Shown here: positions 20,505 to 29,540 of the stretch, one piece after another
Layout: each line of letters opens with the position of its first letter
How positions within the stretch are numbered: the stretch's first letter is position 1
Source: Minisyncoccota bacterium
Lineage (GTDB): Bacteria > Patescibacteriota > Minisyncoccia > Moranbacterales > GCA-2747515
DNA length: 56,832 nucleotides
Assembly: GCA_020629675.1 (NCBI GenBank)
Contig: JAHDCW010000002.1
Location: 1 to 56,832 of the forward strand
Direction of reading: 5' to 3'
Translations under genes and position numbers: made by a program
The notes under the pieces: model-generated
Database searches by the model: none
The model's input: the letters and a program-made list of their open reading frames with translations, nothing else
What the model was told of the DNA's origin: nothing

Positions 20505-21491
20505 CTACTGTGTGAGAAACTCTCTGGCGAGTGTGAGGGCTTCTTTTTCATCTTGGATGCGGTGGATGTGAGCCCCTTGCTTTTCCCACCGCTTGATCCA
20601 CGTTAGCTGACGCTTGGCATAATGTTTGATGTCATAACGTAGTTTTTCATGCATTTCTGACTCTGTGATTTGACCGCGGAGGTAGCGTGTGCACCAGCGA
20701 TACTCGAGTCCAAAGTTCTCCAGGCGTGTCCATGACACACCCATGTCAAAATGCAGATTATGTACCTCTTGGAGCATGCCATCATCTAGGCGTCGGTCAA
20801 GCCTCCTCTCTATGCGATCATAAAGGACTTCTTGTGGTGGTGTAATGGCGAGGATGAGGTTGTTTTTATTGAGTGAGGTGTAGTCTGGTTTTGGTGGTTC
20901 TGGGACTTTGCCGTGCGCGGCGATGATTTCTAGTGAGCGGATTATCCTGATCTTGTTATTGATTTCATTACGCTTAATAAGGGATTCTGCGCGGTCAGGA
21001 TCTTTCTTCGTGAGAAGCGCGAAAAGGCCCTCCGTCGATTTTTTCTGCAGCTTTCTACGTAAGACATCATTAGGTGGTACGGAGGCGCCTACGGAGCCTT
21101 CTAGGAGTCCTTGAGCCCAAAAGAGTGTGCCTCCGGCGATGATCGGAAGCTTTTTTCTTTGTATTATTTCCTTTTTGATTCTATGTGCACGGGTAACAAA
21201 TTTATCAGCGCTAAAGATAGTGTTAGGGTGGTGCGTGTCGATGAGGTAGTGTGGTATCCCACTAGAAATATATGCATTGCGTGTAGCGCAGCCGCGTTTT
21301 TTGGAGCGTGTGATTTTGCCGGGCTCTTTGCCGCTGCCGATGTCCATGCCGCGATAAATCTGTCGACTGTCGCATGAGATGACCTCGCCGTTAAATGAAT
21401 GGGCTAGTGTTATAGCGAGATCAGATTTACCAGAGGCAGTAGGTCCGATCACATATATAGATTTTGGTTTTAAATTATCTATTGCGGACAT
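20505..21491 (-). CDS. miaA: tRNA dimethylallyltransferase
   Basis: GPTASGKS, DSRQIYRGMDIGSGK, GGTLFW, YAKRQLTW. Confidence 0.97.
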   Translation of the reverse strand: MSAIDNLKPKSIYVIGPTASGKSDLAITLAHSFNGEVISCDSRQIYRGMDIGSGKEPGKITRSKKRGCATRNAYISSGIPHYLIDTHHPNTIFSADKFVTRAHRIKKEIIQRKKLPIIAGGTLFWAQGLLEGSVGASVPPNDVLRRKLQKKSTEGLFALLTKKDPDRAESLIKRNEINNKIRIIRSLEIIAAHGKVPEPPKPDYTSLNKNNLILAITPPQEVLYDRIERRLDRRLDDGMLQEVHNLHFDMGVSWTRLENFGLEYRWCTRYLRGQITESEMHEKLRYDIKHYAKRQLTWIKRWEKQGAHIHRIQDEKEALTLAREFLTQ

Positions 21492-21915
21492 GCTTGAAGA
21501 GGGTGAAGAGTATTGCGAGGATGAGTACTGTCACAAAAAGACCGAAAACGATCCAATGATAATTTTTAGCAGGATCTTCTTCTGTTTCAAGTGCGGATGG
21601 TATGGCAAAGACACCGTCACTTGTTGCGCTTTGTGGGTTTGGTTGTCCAGTTGTTTGATAGTACCAGTCAGATGCTGTGCAATTTGTTTCCGCTTCTATG
21701 GCGGTGTAACCGGTAGGGCAGACAAAGGGTGGGTCGATTTCACGCCACTCAGCTGATGGAGGTTCACAGCTAAAAAACTCATCACCCCAAAAAAAGTCAG
21801 AACACTGTTTGGTCGTGTCATTTATGATATAGCTTGGTGCAGATGGTGCTGCAAATGCGATTGGTGCATACATAAAACAGACTACAAAAAAAGATGCGAG
21901 GTAATTTTTAAGCAT
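21475..21915 (-). CDS. Hypothetical surface protein (signal peptide, 4-Cys domain, C-terminal TM)
   Basis: AFA signal cleavage site; CSDFFWGDEFFSC...CPTGY...NC; C-terminal TM with basic tail KHVRNR. Confidence 0.75.
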   Translation of the reverse strand: MLKNYLASFFVVCFMYAPIAFAAPSAPSYIINDTTKQCSDFFWGDEFFSCEPPSAEWREIDPPFVCPTGYTAIEAETNCTASDWYYQTTGQPNPQSATSDGVFAIPSALETEEDPAKNYHWIVFGLFVTVLILAILFTLFKHVRNR

Positions 21916-22037
21916 AGAGATGTGATTATGTAATTTATTTTTTTCTATTGTATCACGCTCATAGTGTTTTATGCAGCCTAAGCTAATTGTTATTTAAAAA
22001 GCGCCTATAGATATAGCTACAGGCACTTTGCAAGTAA

Positions 22038-22286
22038 TTAAGACATCACCGGCTTACAGACGCGACACCATTCCTGATGGTCGCCAAACCGTTCGCTATT
22101 CATGCAGCCGCCAATCTCTTGCGCGTTATGTGTGCAATAGCGTGGACAGCGTTGATTATGGTCTTCGGGATGAATATGATTAGGATCCCAATTTTTTGGT
22201 ATGTCGTAATTGTTTGAGTTTTGCGCGAATGCGCCATTTGCGCATGAGAGACAAGCTACTATCAATGCTACTACTGTGCGTTTCAT
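22038..22286 (-). CDS. Small secreted Cys/His-rich protein
   Basis: GGAG RBS; signal peptide ending AFA; 5 Cys in the mature part; hairpin at ~21997-22029 downstream. Confidence 0.65.
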   Translation of the reverse strand: MKRTVVALIVACLSCANGAFAQNSNNYDIPKNWDPNHIHPEDHNQRCPRYCTHNAQEIGGCMNSERFGDHQEWCRVCKPVMS

Positions 22287-22355
22287 GTGTTACTCCACTT
22301 GGTAATCACCTCAACGAGGCAGTGTCTTTACTTTACGCGTAAACTGAAGCTAACG

Positions 22356-24098
22356 TCAAATTAGGTTTGTGCAGTAGTTACTTATAAACTCATCGATGGT
22401 GAGTTTGATTTGCTCTTGGTTGTCGCGTGCGCGTACTGTAACTGTCTTATTTTCTACCTCTTCTTTGCCGACGACGAGCATGTACGGTACTTTTTCTTTT
22501 TGTGCGCTGCGGATCCGTTTACCGAGGGTTTCACTGTCATTATCGACGTCTACGCGAACACCGACTTTTTCCAGTTCTTTTTTTACTTCAAATGCATAAT
22601 CATCTATCTCAGATGTGATCGGGAGAATTTTAACTTGAACAGGTGAGAGCCAGAAAGGGAAAGCGCCTGCATAGCGCTCGATAAGAAATGCTATTATGCG
22701 CTCAAGAGCACCGATAGAAGAGCGATGTACGACAACGCACTCCTGATCTTCACCGCTAGCATTTTTGTATTTCAGATCAAACCGCTTTGGCATGACAAAG
22801 TCATATTGTACAGTGAATGCAGTATCCTCTTTTCCGAGTACATTTTTCATCTGAATATCAATTTTTGGGCCATAAAAAGCTGCTTCTCCCTCATTTTCCA
22901 CGTAGTGACAATCGCGCTTCTCCAGCACATTGCGTAAAATATCTTCTGCTGTATCCCAAGCTGCCTCGTCCTTGAAATATTTTTTATCGTCTGTGCGGTC
23001 TCCGAGTGATAGCGAGTACCAATAATCTTCTCCCATCGTCAGTCCAAATTTTTCTGCCACAAAGTCTATGAGGTCAAGTGCACTGCTAATTTCACTTCCT
23101 GCTTGCTCAGGATCAGCGCAAAAGATATGCGCATCTGCCAGGTTAAACGAGCGTACCCGCATGAGTCCTGAGAGTTCACCTGACTGCTCATAGCGATAAA
23201 GCTTTGCTATTTCTGCATACCGTAGGGGGAGGTCTCTGTAACTATGCGGTTTCGATGAAAATAGCTCAAAGTGATGGGGGCATGTCATAGGGCGCAGCAT
23301 AAAGCGTTCACCATCTACGTCGATTGGTGCGTACATCGAGTCTTTATAGTATGGGTAGTGACCTGACTTTTCGTAGAGCTCTACTTTCGCCATATCTTGC
23401 GTATAGACGTGTTTATAGCCGCGCTTAATTTCTTCATCAACGATAAATCGTTCTAAAACGCGCCGCAACACAGCGCCTTTTTCAGTGAGAAGGGGGAGTC
23501 CTGAACCGACTACATCGCTCGTGGTAAAAAGATCGAGTTCTTTGCCTAACTTGCGGTGATCGCGTTTCTTTGCCTCTTCGCGCATTACCATAAAAGCATC
23601 AAGCTCTTCTTTGGTGTTAAAGGCATATCCGTAGATGCGTGTGAGTTGATCGTTATTTTCGTCTCCGCGCCAGTACGCACCAGCAAGCGAGGCGAGGGTA
23701 AAGGCTTTCATGTCTAGCTCTTTTTTGGGCTCTGCTGCATGTCCACCCTCACAGAGGTCCGTGAAATCCCCTGCGGTGTAGAAGGTGATTTCCTGATCAG
23801 CTGCGACGATACCGTCAATGAGCTCGGTTTTGTATTTATTATCTTTAAACTGCGCGCGGGCTTCCTCCTCGCTTACGACACGGACCTCCATGGTCTCCCA
23901 GGTGTTGATTGTTTTTTTCATTTGCTTTTCAATTTTCTTGAGATCAGCATCAGTGATCGGCGTGCTAAAGGCAAAGTCATAGTAAAACCCATTATCAGTT
24001 GGTGGACCGATAGTAGGGCGTGCATCTGGGTATAGCTTGAGTACTGCAGCGGCGAGGAGGTGGGCAAAGGTATGTCGTTTTTTCTGAAGATCGTTCAT
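22356..24098 (-). CDS. thrS: Threonine--tRNA ligase (lacks TGS domain)
   Basis: RHTFAHLLA, DLCEGGH, GAYWRGD, RDHRKLG, LRPMTCPHH, YRYEQSGELSGLMRVR, AFYGPKID; start MNDLQ at 24098. Confidence 0.98.
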   Translation of the reverse strand: MNDLQKKRHTFAHLLAAAVLKLYPDARPTIGPPTDNGFYYDFAFSTPITDADLKKIEKQMKKTINTWETMEVRVVSEEEARAQFKDNKYKTELIDGIVAADQEITFYTAGDFTDLCEGGHAAEPKKELDMKAFTLASLAGAYWRGDENNDQLTRIYGYAFNTKEELDAFMVMREEAKKRDHRKLGKELDLFTTSDVVGSGLPLLTEKGAVLRRVLERFIVDEEIKRGYKHVYTQDMAKVELYEKSGHYPYYKDSMYAPIDVDGERFMLRPMTCPHHFELFSSKPHSYRDLPLRYAEIAKLYRYEQSGELSGLMRVRSFNLADAHIFCADPEQAGSEISSALDLIDFVAEKFGLTMGEDYWYSLSLGDRTDDKKYFKDEAAWDTAEDILRNVLEKRDCHYVENEGEAAFYGPKIDIQMKNVLGKEDTAFTVQYDFVMPKRFDLKYKNASGEDQECVVVHRSSIGALERIIAFLIERYAGAFPFWLSPVQVKILPITSEIDDYAFEVKKELEKVGVRVDVDNDSETLGKRIRSAQKEKVPYMLVVGKEEVENKTVTVRARDNQEQIKLTIDEFISNYCTNLI

Positions 24099-24146
24099 GG
24101 CTTTAACTTGAATGATTAAATAAAAAAGTATATAAGTGTAATCAAT

Positions 24147-24330
24147 AAAAAAACTATTCATCACACAAAAGCAAAAAATTTTGCTCTTATGGGACGAATA
24201 GTTCTTTCTATCCGCGGTTCCACCCACATTATCGTGATTTTACAGAGTTATCACGACCACTTTATTTGTATACCTTAAAGCATCTGTGATGCTGCTCCAC
24301 GGAGCGTGTGGTTGGTAATCACACTAATTA
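24147..24330 (-). ncRNA. T-box riboswitch leader of thrS (transcription attenuator)
   Basis: Minus strand reads AATGTGGGTGGAACCGCGG...TTCGTCCC (T-box antiterminator), preceded by AAAGTGG and Stem III TCGTGAT...ATCACGA, followed by a ~25-bp terminator stem with U-tract; directly upstream of thrS. Confidence 0.9.
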
Positions 24331-24430
24331 GTACATAATTAGATTATTATAAATGTCCATTTTAGTAAAGTGTATTGCTAAATTTATTTTTTTATAGTAA
24401 TGTCTATACGTCTTTATCATGAGGTGAGTA

Positions 24431-24844
24431 ATGATTCACTTAGCATATGTACCTTTTTTAAAGAAGATTTCCAATGCATACGACCTAAACATTAGATTTG
24501 AAAAAGATCAAAGGTGGGAAGGTTATTACTATATACATTTAGATCGGACGAGTGATTGTTATGGTGGTGATTTAAATACCGCTCTCCATGTTTGGAGAGA
24601 CATTCTTACGTATCTCATCAGGCTTACGAAAGAATACCCGGAGCTCGTAAATGCGAAAGCACTTTTGGGTCAGAGTGAGGGAATGAGTTTACCTTGCACT
24701 ATCTTGTTAAAACTCGATAGAAGTGATCTGCATATGGTGAAGGGTGTTTGGGGCTTGTGGGGGTTGCGCACAAGACTCACGCTGATGCAAGCAGTTGTTT
24801 TTTTGAGGAAGTATAAAAAATACCATGTAACGGGTCAGGTATAA
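24431..24844 (+). CDS. Orphan hypothetical protein
   Basis: 137-aa AT-rich ORF, GAGG RBS, followed by terminator. Confidence 0.6.
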   Translation: MIHLAYVPFLKKISNAYDLNIRFEKDQRWEGYYYIHLDRTSDCYGGDLNTALHVWRDILTYLIRLTKEYPELVNAKALLGQSEGMSLPCTILLKLDRSDLHMVKGVWGLWGLRTRLTLMQAVVFLRKYKKYHVTGQV

Positions 24845-24851
24845 ACAGATG

Positions 24852-24879
24852 GCGCTCACAAACTGTGAGCGCTTTTTTT
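24852..24879 (+). terminator. Intrinsic terminator between convergent orphan and dnaE
   Basis: GCGCTCACA-AAC-TGTGAGCGC-T7. Confidence 0.8.
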
Positions 24880-27800
24880 ATGGCTTGAGAACGCTTTCAA
24901 TTTTATCTTTGTCTACATCAGAGAGATAGATGATATAAGAGGTTTTGATGCGAGTGCCGTTGTGGAGGAGGTAAATGGTAGTCGTGCCTTCTTCGCAACT
25001 ATCAAGTACTTTTTTGATTTTATCGATGATATCGACGTTGCCCGCAGCAGGCAGTTCGATGGTGTAGGTGTCATTTGGGTCCACCTTACGTGCAGGTATA
25101 TCATCCTCATCTTCGGTTGTAACCTCATCTTTTTTGTAGCGCTTTTTTGTCTTAGCGATACGTTTAGCTTGCGTGTTGTCATCAGGAGAAATTTCCTCGA
25201 TATGATCTGCGATAAATTTAAGCTCATCATCTTTTCCAGTAAATTTACCACGCACAACAATGGGCTCACCATCTCGTAGGAGGGGCGAGAATTCTTCGTA
25301 AAGCTTTGGGAAGACTAAACACTCGATGGAGCCAGTGCCGTCTTCAAGCGTCACAAAAGCCATGGTTTTACCCGACTTTAAGAGGATGGTAGTTGTCGCC
25401 ATGACGATCCCACCGATTGTCTCTGCTACCTCATCAAGCTCACGGGCGCGGTCTTCGGTAAAGTCCTTGAGGTGGGCGCACATACTCGAAAAATATGACT
25501 CGTAGGCACGTGCGGGGTGATCGCTAACATAAAGTCCGAGGAGAGCCTTCTCCCATTCGAGTGTTGTTTTCTTTTTAGCAGGTGGAGAGGCTTTGAGTTG
25601 CACAGTGGCGCGTGCGAGCTGACCGGCACCAAAGAGGGAGTCTTGAGCTGATTCATCTTGCTGTGTACTCTTGACAAAAGCGAGAATGTTAGGCATGTTT
25701 TGGAGGATTTGGTTGCGCTCAGCAAGTCCTTCAAAACCGCCCACCATAGCCAGTGCTTCGATGGAGCGTTTGTTGAGATCTTTACTGCTAATGCGCTCGA
25801 AAAAATCGGTAAAATCCGTGAAGGGACCATTTTTCTTGCGCTCTTCAACGATTTCATAGGCGACTGCATGACCAACATTTTTGATCGCGTTAAGCCCAAA
25901 GCGAATACGTGGAAATTCTTTTTTTGTATCACCTTCATCATAAATCACGGCAAACTCTTCAAAACTCTCATTGATGTGTGGTGGAAGAACCTCAATGCCC
26001 ATTTCACGGCATTCATAAGCGTCAATGGCGATACGATCTGTATTACCTTGGTCACTGGTCATGAGGGCTGCCATGAACTCTGCTGGGTAGTGCGCTTTGA
26101 GGAAGGCTGTTTGGTAGCCGATAAGTCCATAACATGCTGCATGCGAGCGGTTAAAGCCGTATCCTGCAAAAGGCTCGATAAAGGCAAAGACGTCTTCAGC
26201 AATTTGCTTTTCGATACCATGCTCGACGCAACCTGCAACAAATTTAATTTTTTGCTCCTTAATAAGTTCGAGGATTTTTTTACCCATCGCCTTACGCAAA
26301 ATATCCGCCTCTCCGAGGGTGAAGCCAGCGAGGTCCTGTGCGATACGCATCACCTGTTCTTGGTACACGGCAACACCATATGTATCAGAAAGAATCGCCT
26401 CGAGTTTTGGATCGAGGTAGGTGACTTCTTTGCGTCCGTGCTTACCATCGATGAAATCAGGGATCCATTCCATCGGACCAGGGCGGTAGAGTGCAACCAT
26501 CGCGATGATATCCTCAAGGATTGTCGGTTTGAGTTGCTTGAGGTAGCGCTTCATACCACTGGACTCCAGCTGAAACACACCCGTTGTTTGGCCTTTTTGG
26601 AGGAGTTCAAATGCTTTTTGATCATCGAGATCAATGTGTTCAATGTCAATTTCTACTCCATGGATGCGCTTAACAATTTTGATAGTGTTCTGGATGATTG
26701 TTAAGTTCTTGAGGCCGAGGAAATCCATCTTGAGCAGGCCGATTTTTTCCACTGCGGAAAATTTGGTACTCGAGGCGTACTGCGTGACGAGTGCCTCGTC
26801 ATCGCCGCTGACGCGTTGGAGGGCGGTGTACTCTACGACAGGCTTATCTGTGATCACCACGCCACACGCGTGGATCGAGGAGTGACGGTTGAGACCTTCG
26901 AGTTTATGCGCAGCATCGATGAGGGTGCGTGCGTCGACGTTTTCTTCATAGAGTCTTTTGAAATCGGGCACTTCATCGAGTGTCTTTTGCATCGAGTAAA
27001 ACATCGGGATGAGCTTGGAGATTTTGTCACAGAAATCATACGGAAAACCAAGTGCGCGACCAGCGTCACGCACAGCAGCCCGCGCTGCCATAGTACCAAA
27101 GGTGATGATCTGCGCGACGTGATCAGAGCCGTATGTGTCACGACAGTACTGCAAGACATCATCACGCCGAATATCAGCGAAGTCCATATCCACATCAGGC
27201 ATCGAGACGCGTTCTGGGTTAAGAAAGCGCTCAAAAAGGAGTTTGTACTCGATCGGGTCCATGTTGGTGATTTTGACCAAGTAGGAGACAAATGAACCAG
27301 CTGCACTACCACGTCCAGGACCGACGACGATGCCATTGTCACGGGACCAGTTGGTAAAGTCTTGCACGATGAGGAAGTATGACGCGTAGCCCGTGCGTTT
27401 GATGATGTCGAGCTCGTAGTCCATCCGCTCGCGGTGAAGATCGGTGATATTTTCAGCTGAGCCATAGCGCTCGAGAAGACCCTCTTCGCACATATCGCGG
27501 AGGTGCTCATCTGCAGTCTTGCCTTCGGGTAGCGGGTAGTAGGGGAGTTTGGTATTACCGACTTCCATCTCAAACTGACAGCGATCTGCGATGATACCGG
27601 TATTGTCGATCGCTTCTGGGACGTCTTTGAATGCTTCACGTATAAATTCTTCCGAGCGAAACGACAGATCGAGGTGGTTGTAGTTAGGGCGGTCGCCTTC
27701 GTCGACTTTGCGGTTCATGCCGATGCAGATCAGGATGTCATGCGACTCACGATCTTCGGGGGTGATGTAGTAGATATCACCGCAGGCAACGAGGGGTATG

Positions 27801-28396
27801 TCGGTTTTTTTACTCAGTGCAATGATGCCATCATTTATTTTATTTTGGTCGGGATAGTCAGGGTGATGGTTAATTTCTAGAAAGAAATTTTCTTTACCAA
27901 AAATTTCTTCATACAATCGCGCCTTTTTTTCTGCTTGATCTGGTGCATCATGGAGGATGTTTTCAGCTACTTCTCCATACTGATTACCAGACAGTGCGAT
28001 GATGCCTTCGCTGTGCTTTTTGAGCACATCGTAGTCGACACGAGGTTTGTAATAAAAACCTTCAAGTTGCCCGATAGTGATAATTTTGAGGATGTTCTTG
28101 TAGCCGGCTTCATTTTCTGCGAGGAGGACAATCTGGTTGGTTTTACGGTCAGTAGGGGATGTGCCCTTGTTCATCATGCCGCCTGGTGCCACGAGAACCT
28201 CTGCACCAACAATTGGCTTAATGCCTTGATCTTTGGCAGCTACACAAAAGTCAACCGCGCCATAAATCGCGTAGCGATCCGTGAGTGCGAGGGCTGTCAT
28301 ATTGTTTTTTTTGGTTTCGGCGAGAAGGTCGTCTATCTTTGCTAATCCCTGGAGGAGGCTGAAATCAGAGTGGACATGGAGATGTGTAAAAGCCAT
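24878..28396 (-). CDS. dnaE: DNA polymerase III alpha subunit
   Basis: PHP FTHLHVHS, GPGRGSAAGS, FERFLNPERVSMPDVDMD, KMDFLGL, YGFNRSH, OB-fold; no intein seen. Confidence 0.99.
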   Translation of the reverse strand: MAFTHLHVHSDFSLLQGLAKIDDLLAETKKNNMTALALTDRYAIYGAVDFCVAAKDQGIKPIVGAEVLVAPGGMMNKGTSPTDRKTNQIVLLAENEAGYKNILKIITIGQLEGFYYKPRVDYDVLKKHSEGIIALSGNQYGEVAENILHDAPDQAEKKARLYEEIFGKENFFLEINHHPDYPDQNKINDGIIALSKKTDIPLVACGDIYYITPEDRESHDILICIGMNRKVDEGDRPNYNHLDLSFRSEEFIREAFKDVPEAIDNTGIIADRCQFEMEVGNTKLPYYPLPEGKTADEHLRDMCEEGLLERYGSAENITDLHRERMDYELDIIKRTGYASYFLIVQDFTNWSRDNGIVVGPGRGSAAGSFVSYLVKITNMDPIEYKLLFERFLNPERVSMPDVDMDFADIRRDDVLQYCRDTYGSDHVAQIITFGTMAARAAVRDAGRALGFPYDFCDKISKLIPMFYSMQKTLDEVPDFKRLYEENVDARTLIDAAHKLEGLNRHSSIHACGVVITDKPVVEYTALQRVSGDDEALVTQYASSTKFSAVEKIGLLKMDFLGLKNLTIIQNTIKIVKRIHGVEIDIEHIDLDDQKAFELLQKGQTTGVFQLESSGMKRYLKQLKPTILEDIIAMVALYRPGPMEWIPDFIDGKHGRKEVTYLDPKLEAILSDTYGVAVYQEQVMRIAQDLAGFTLGEADILRKAMGKKILELIKEQKIKFVAGCVEHGIEKQIAEDVFAFIEPFAGYGFNRSHAACYGLIGYQTAFLKAHYPAEFMAALMTSDQGNTDRIAIDAYECREMGIEVLPPHINESFEEFAVIYDEGDTKKEFPRIRFGLNAIKNVGHAVAYEIVEERKKNGPFTDFTDFFERISSKDLNKRSIEALAMVGGFEGLAERNQILQNMPNILAFVKSTQQDESAQDSLFGAGQLARATVQLKASPPAKKKTTLEWEKALLGLYVSDHPARAYESYFSSMCAHLKDFTEDRARELDEVAETIGGIVMATTTILLKSGKTMAFVTLEDGTGSIECLVFPKLYEEFSPLLRDGEPIVVRGKFTGKDDELKFIADHIEEISPDDNTQAKRIAKTKKRYKKDEVTTEDEDDIPARKVDPNDTYTIELPAAGNVDIIDKIKKVLDSCEEGTTTIYLLHNGTRIKTSYIIYLSDVDKDKIESVLKP

Positions 28397-28456
28397 GGTG
28401 ATTGGAGAGTCTATTTCTTTTTAGTATACTTTCAATATATCACATCACATTCTTCT

Positions 28457-29113
28457 ATGCAGATTCCCACATTTCAAACTGAGCAAGAGCTTAACCAAAA
28501 GTATCCTGACGCGATTCTTATCGGCGTCGATGAAGTTGGTCGTGGTCCGCTAGCTGGACCGGTTGTAGCGGCTGCATGCGCGCTTCACCCTGAGATTGAT
28601 CAGTCTTTACCAGAATGGGATTTTGTACGTGACAGTAAAAAAGTGACTGAAAAGCGACGCGAATCGACGTGCGAATTCATAAAGCAAAATGCGGACTACG
28701 GTATTGGGATAATAGCATCAGACACGATTGATCGTGTAAATATACTCGAGGCGACATTTCTCGCTATGAAGGCTGCGCTATCAGAATTGCGTGCGCGTAG
28801 CAGCAGGGTGGGCTTAGCGCAGGAGTTGATTTTGCTCGTTGACGGTGCGCAGAAAATTCCTCATATATCACATACACAGATTACTTTTACGTCCGGAGAT
28901 GCACGTGTAAAAAGCATTGCAGCAGCCTCGATTTTAGCTAAAGTCACGCGTGATAGCATGATGGTCGACTATGATAAGCTCTTTCCAGGGTATGGGTTTG
29001 GCGCACATAAAGGCTATGGCACCAAACAGCACATGGAGGCACTGCGGGAAAAGGGCGTGACGCCAATTCACAGACATAGTTTTGCACCTGTTAAGAAATG
29101 CGCACGTAAATAA
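28457..29113 (+). CDS. rnhB: Ribonuclease HII
   Basis: GVDEVGRGPLAGPV, DSKK, LVDG, AASILAKVTRD, HKGYGT. Confidence 0.97.
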   Translation: MQIPTFQTEQELNQKYPDAILIGVDEVGRGPLAGPVVAAACALHPEIDQSLPEWDFVRDSKKVTEKRRESTCEFIKQNADYGIGIIASDTIDRVNILEATFLAMKAALSELRARSSRVGLAQELILLVDGAQKIPHISHTQITFTSGDARVKSIAAASILAKVTRDSMMVDYDKLFPGYGFGAHKGYGTKQHMEALREKGVTPIHRHSFAPVKKCARK

Positions 29114-29125
29114 AGGAGATTTAAT

Positions 29126-29156
29126 AAAGCTCATCTTGTTATAAAGATGAGCTTTT
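29126..29156. terminator. Bidirectional terminator hairpin
   Basis: AAAGCTCATCTT...AAGATGAGCTTT between convergent genes. Confidence 0.75.
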
Positions 29157-29160
29157 AATT

Positions 29161-29469
29161 TTATCGCGGATAGTTAATTACTGCGCCTTTTTTCTGTCTG
29201 AATTTGCCACATTTAAACTCTTCAATATATCCACGTTCGAGTAGTGATTGAATGCCTTGTTCGGTCCACTTTCTTACGAGACTTTCACCATTAAGGTTAT
29301 ACTCAGCAACCATCTTTTTTTTGATGCTATCAATATCCAGGGGTGGGTAATCAAATGTTGGGATATGTTGAAATACTTTATTACCCCATGAAACTGCCTG
29401 TGCTTTATCATCATGACTGGAGATTGGCTCCATCTCCGTAGAAATACTTACTGGTGTATTGCCGTTCAT
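29161..29469 (-). CDS. Orphan hypothetical protein (possible winged-helix-like C-terminus)
   Basis: GGGAG RBS before ATG 29469; GIQSLLERGYIEE resembles a wHTH helix and wing. Confidence 0.55.
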   Translation of the reverse strand: MNGNTPVSISTEMEPISSHDDKAQAVSWGNKVFQHIPTFDYPPLDIDSIKKKMVAEYNLNGESLVRKWTEQGIQSLLERGYIEEFKCGKFRQKKGAVINYPR

Positions 29470-29540
29470 TGTTTTGTCTCCCAAAAAGAACACAACCTTA
29501 ACGTAACACTTAGTAGTGCTAAAGGTCAATTATATATTAC

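Noticed and set aside
24099..24227. N-terminal extension of ThrS given in the ORF track
   Set aside because: It runs through the T-box antiterminator and terminator; ThrS homology starts at ATG 24098
25658..26704. 348-aa plus-strand ORF (and the 261-aa alternative-frame ORF 26854-27639) inside dnaE
   Set aside because: Shadow ORFs of a highly conserved gene; no recognisable motifs or initiation signals
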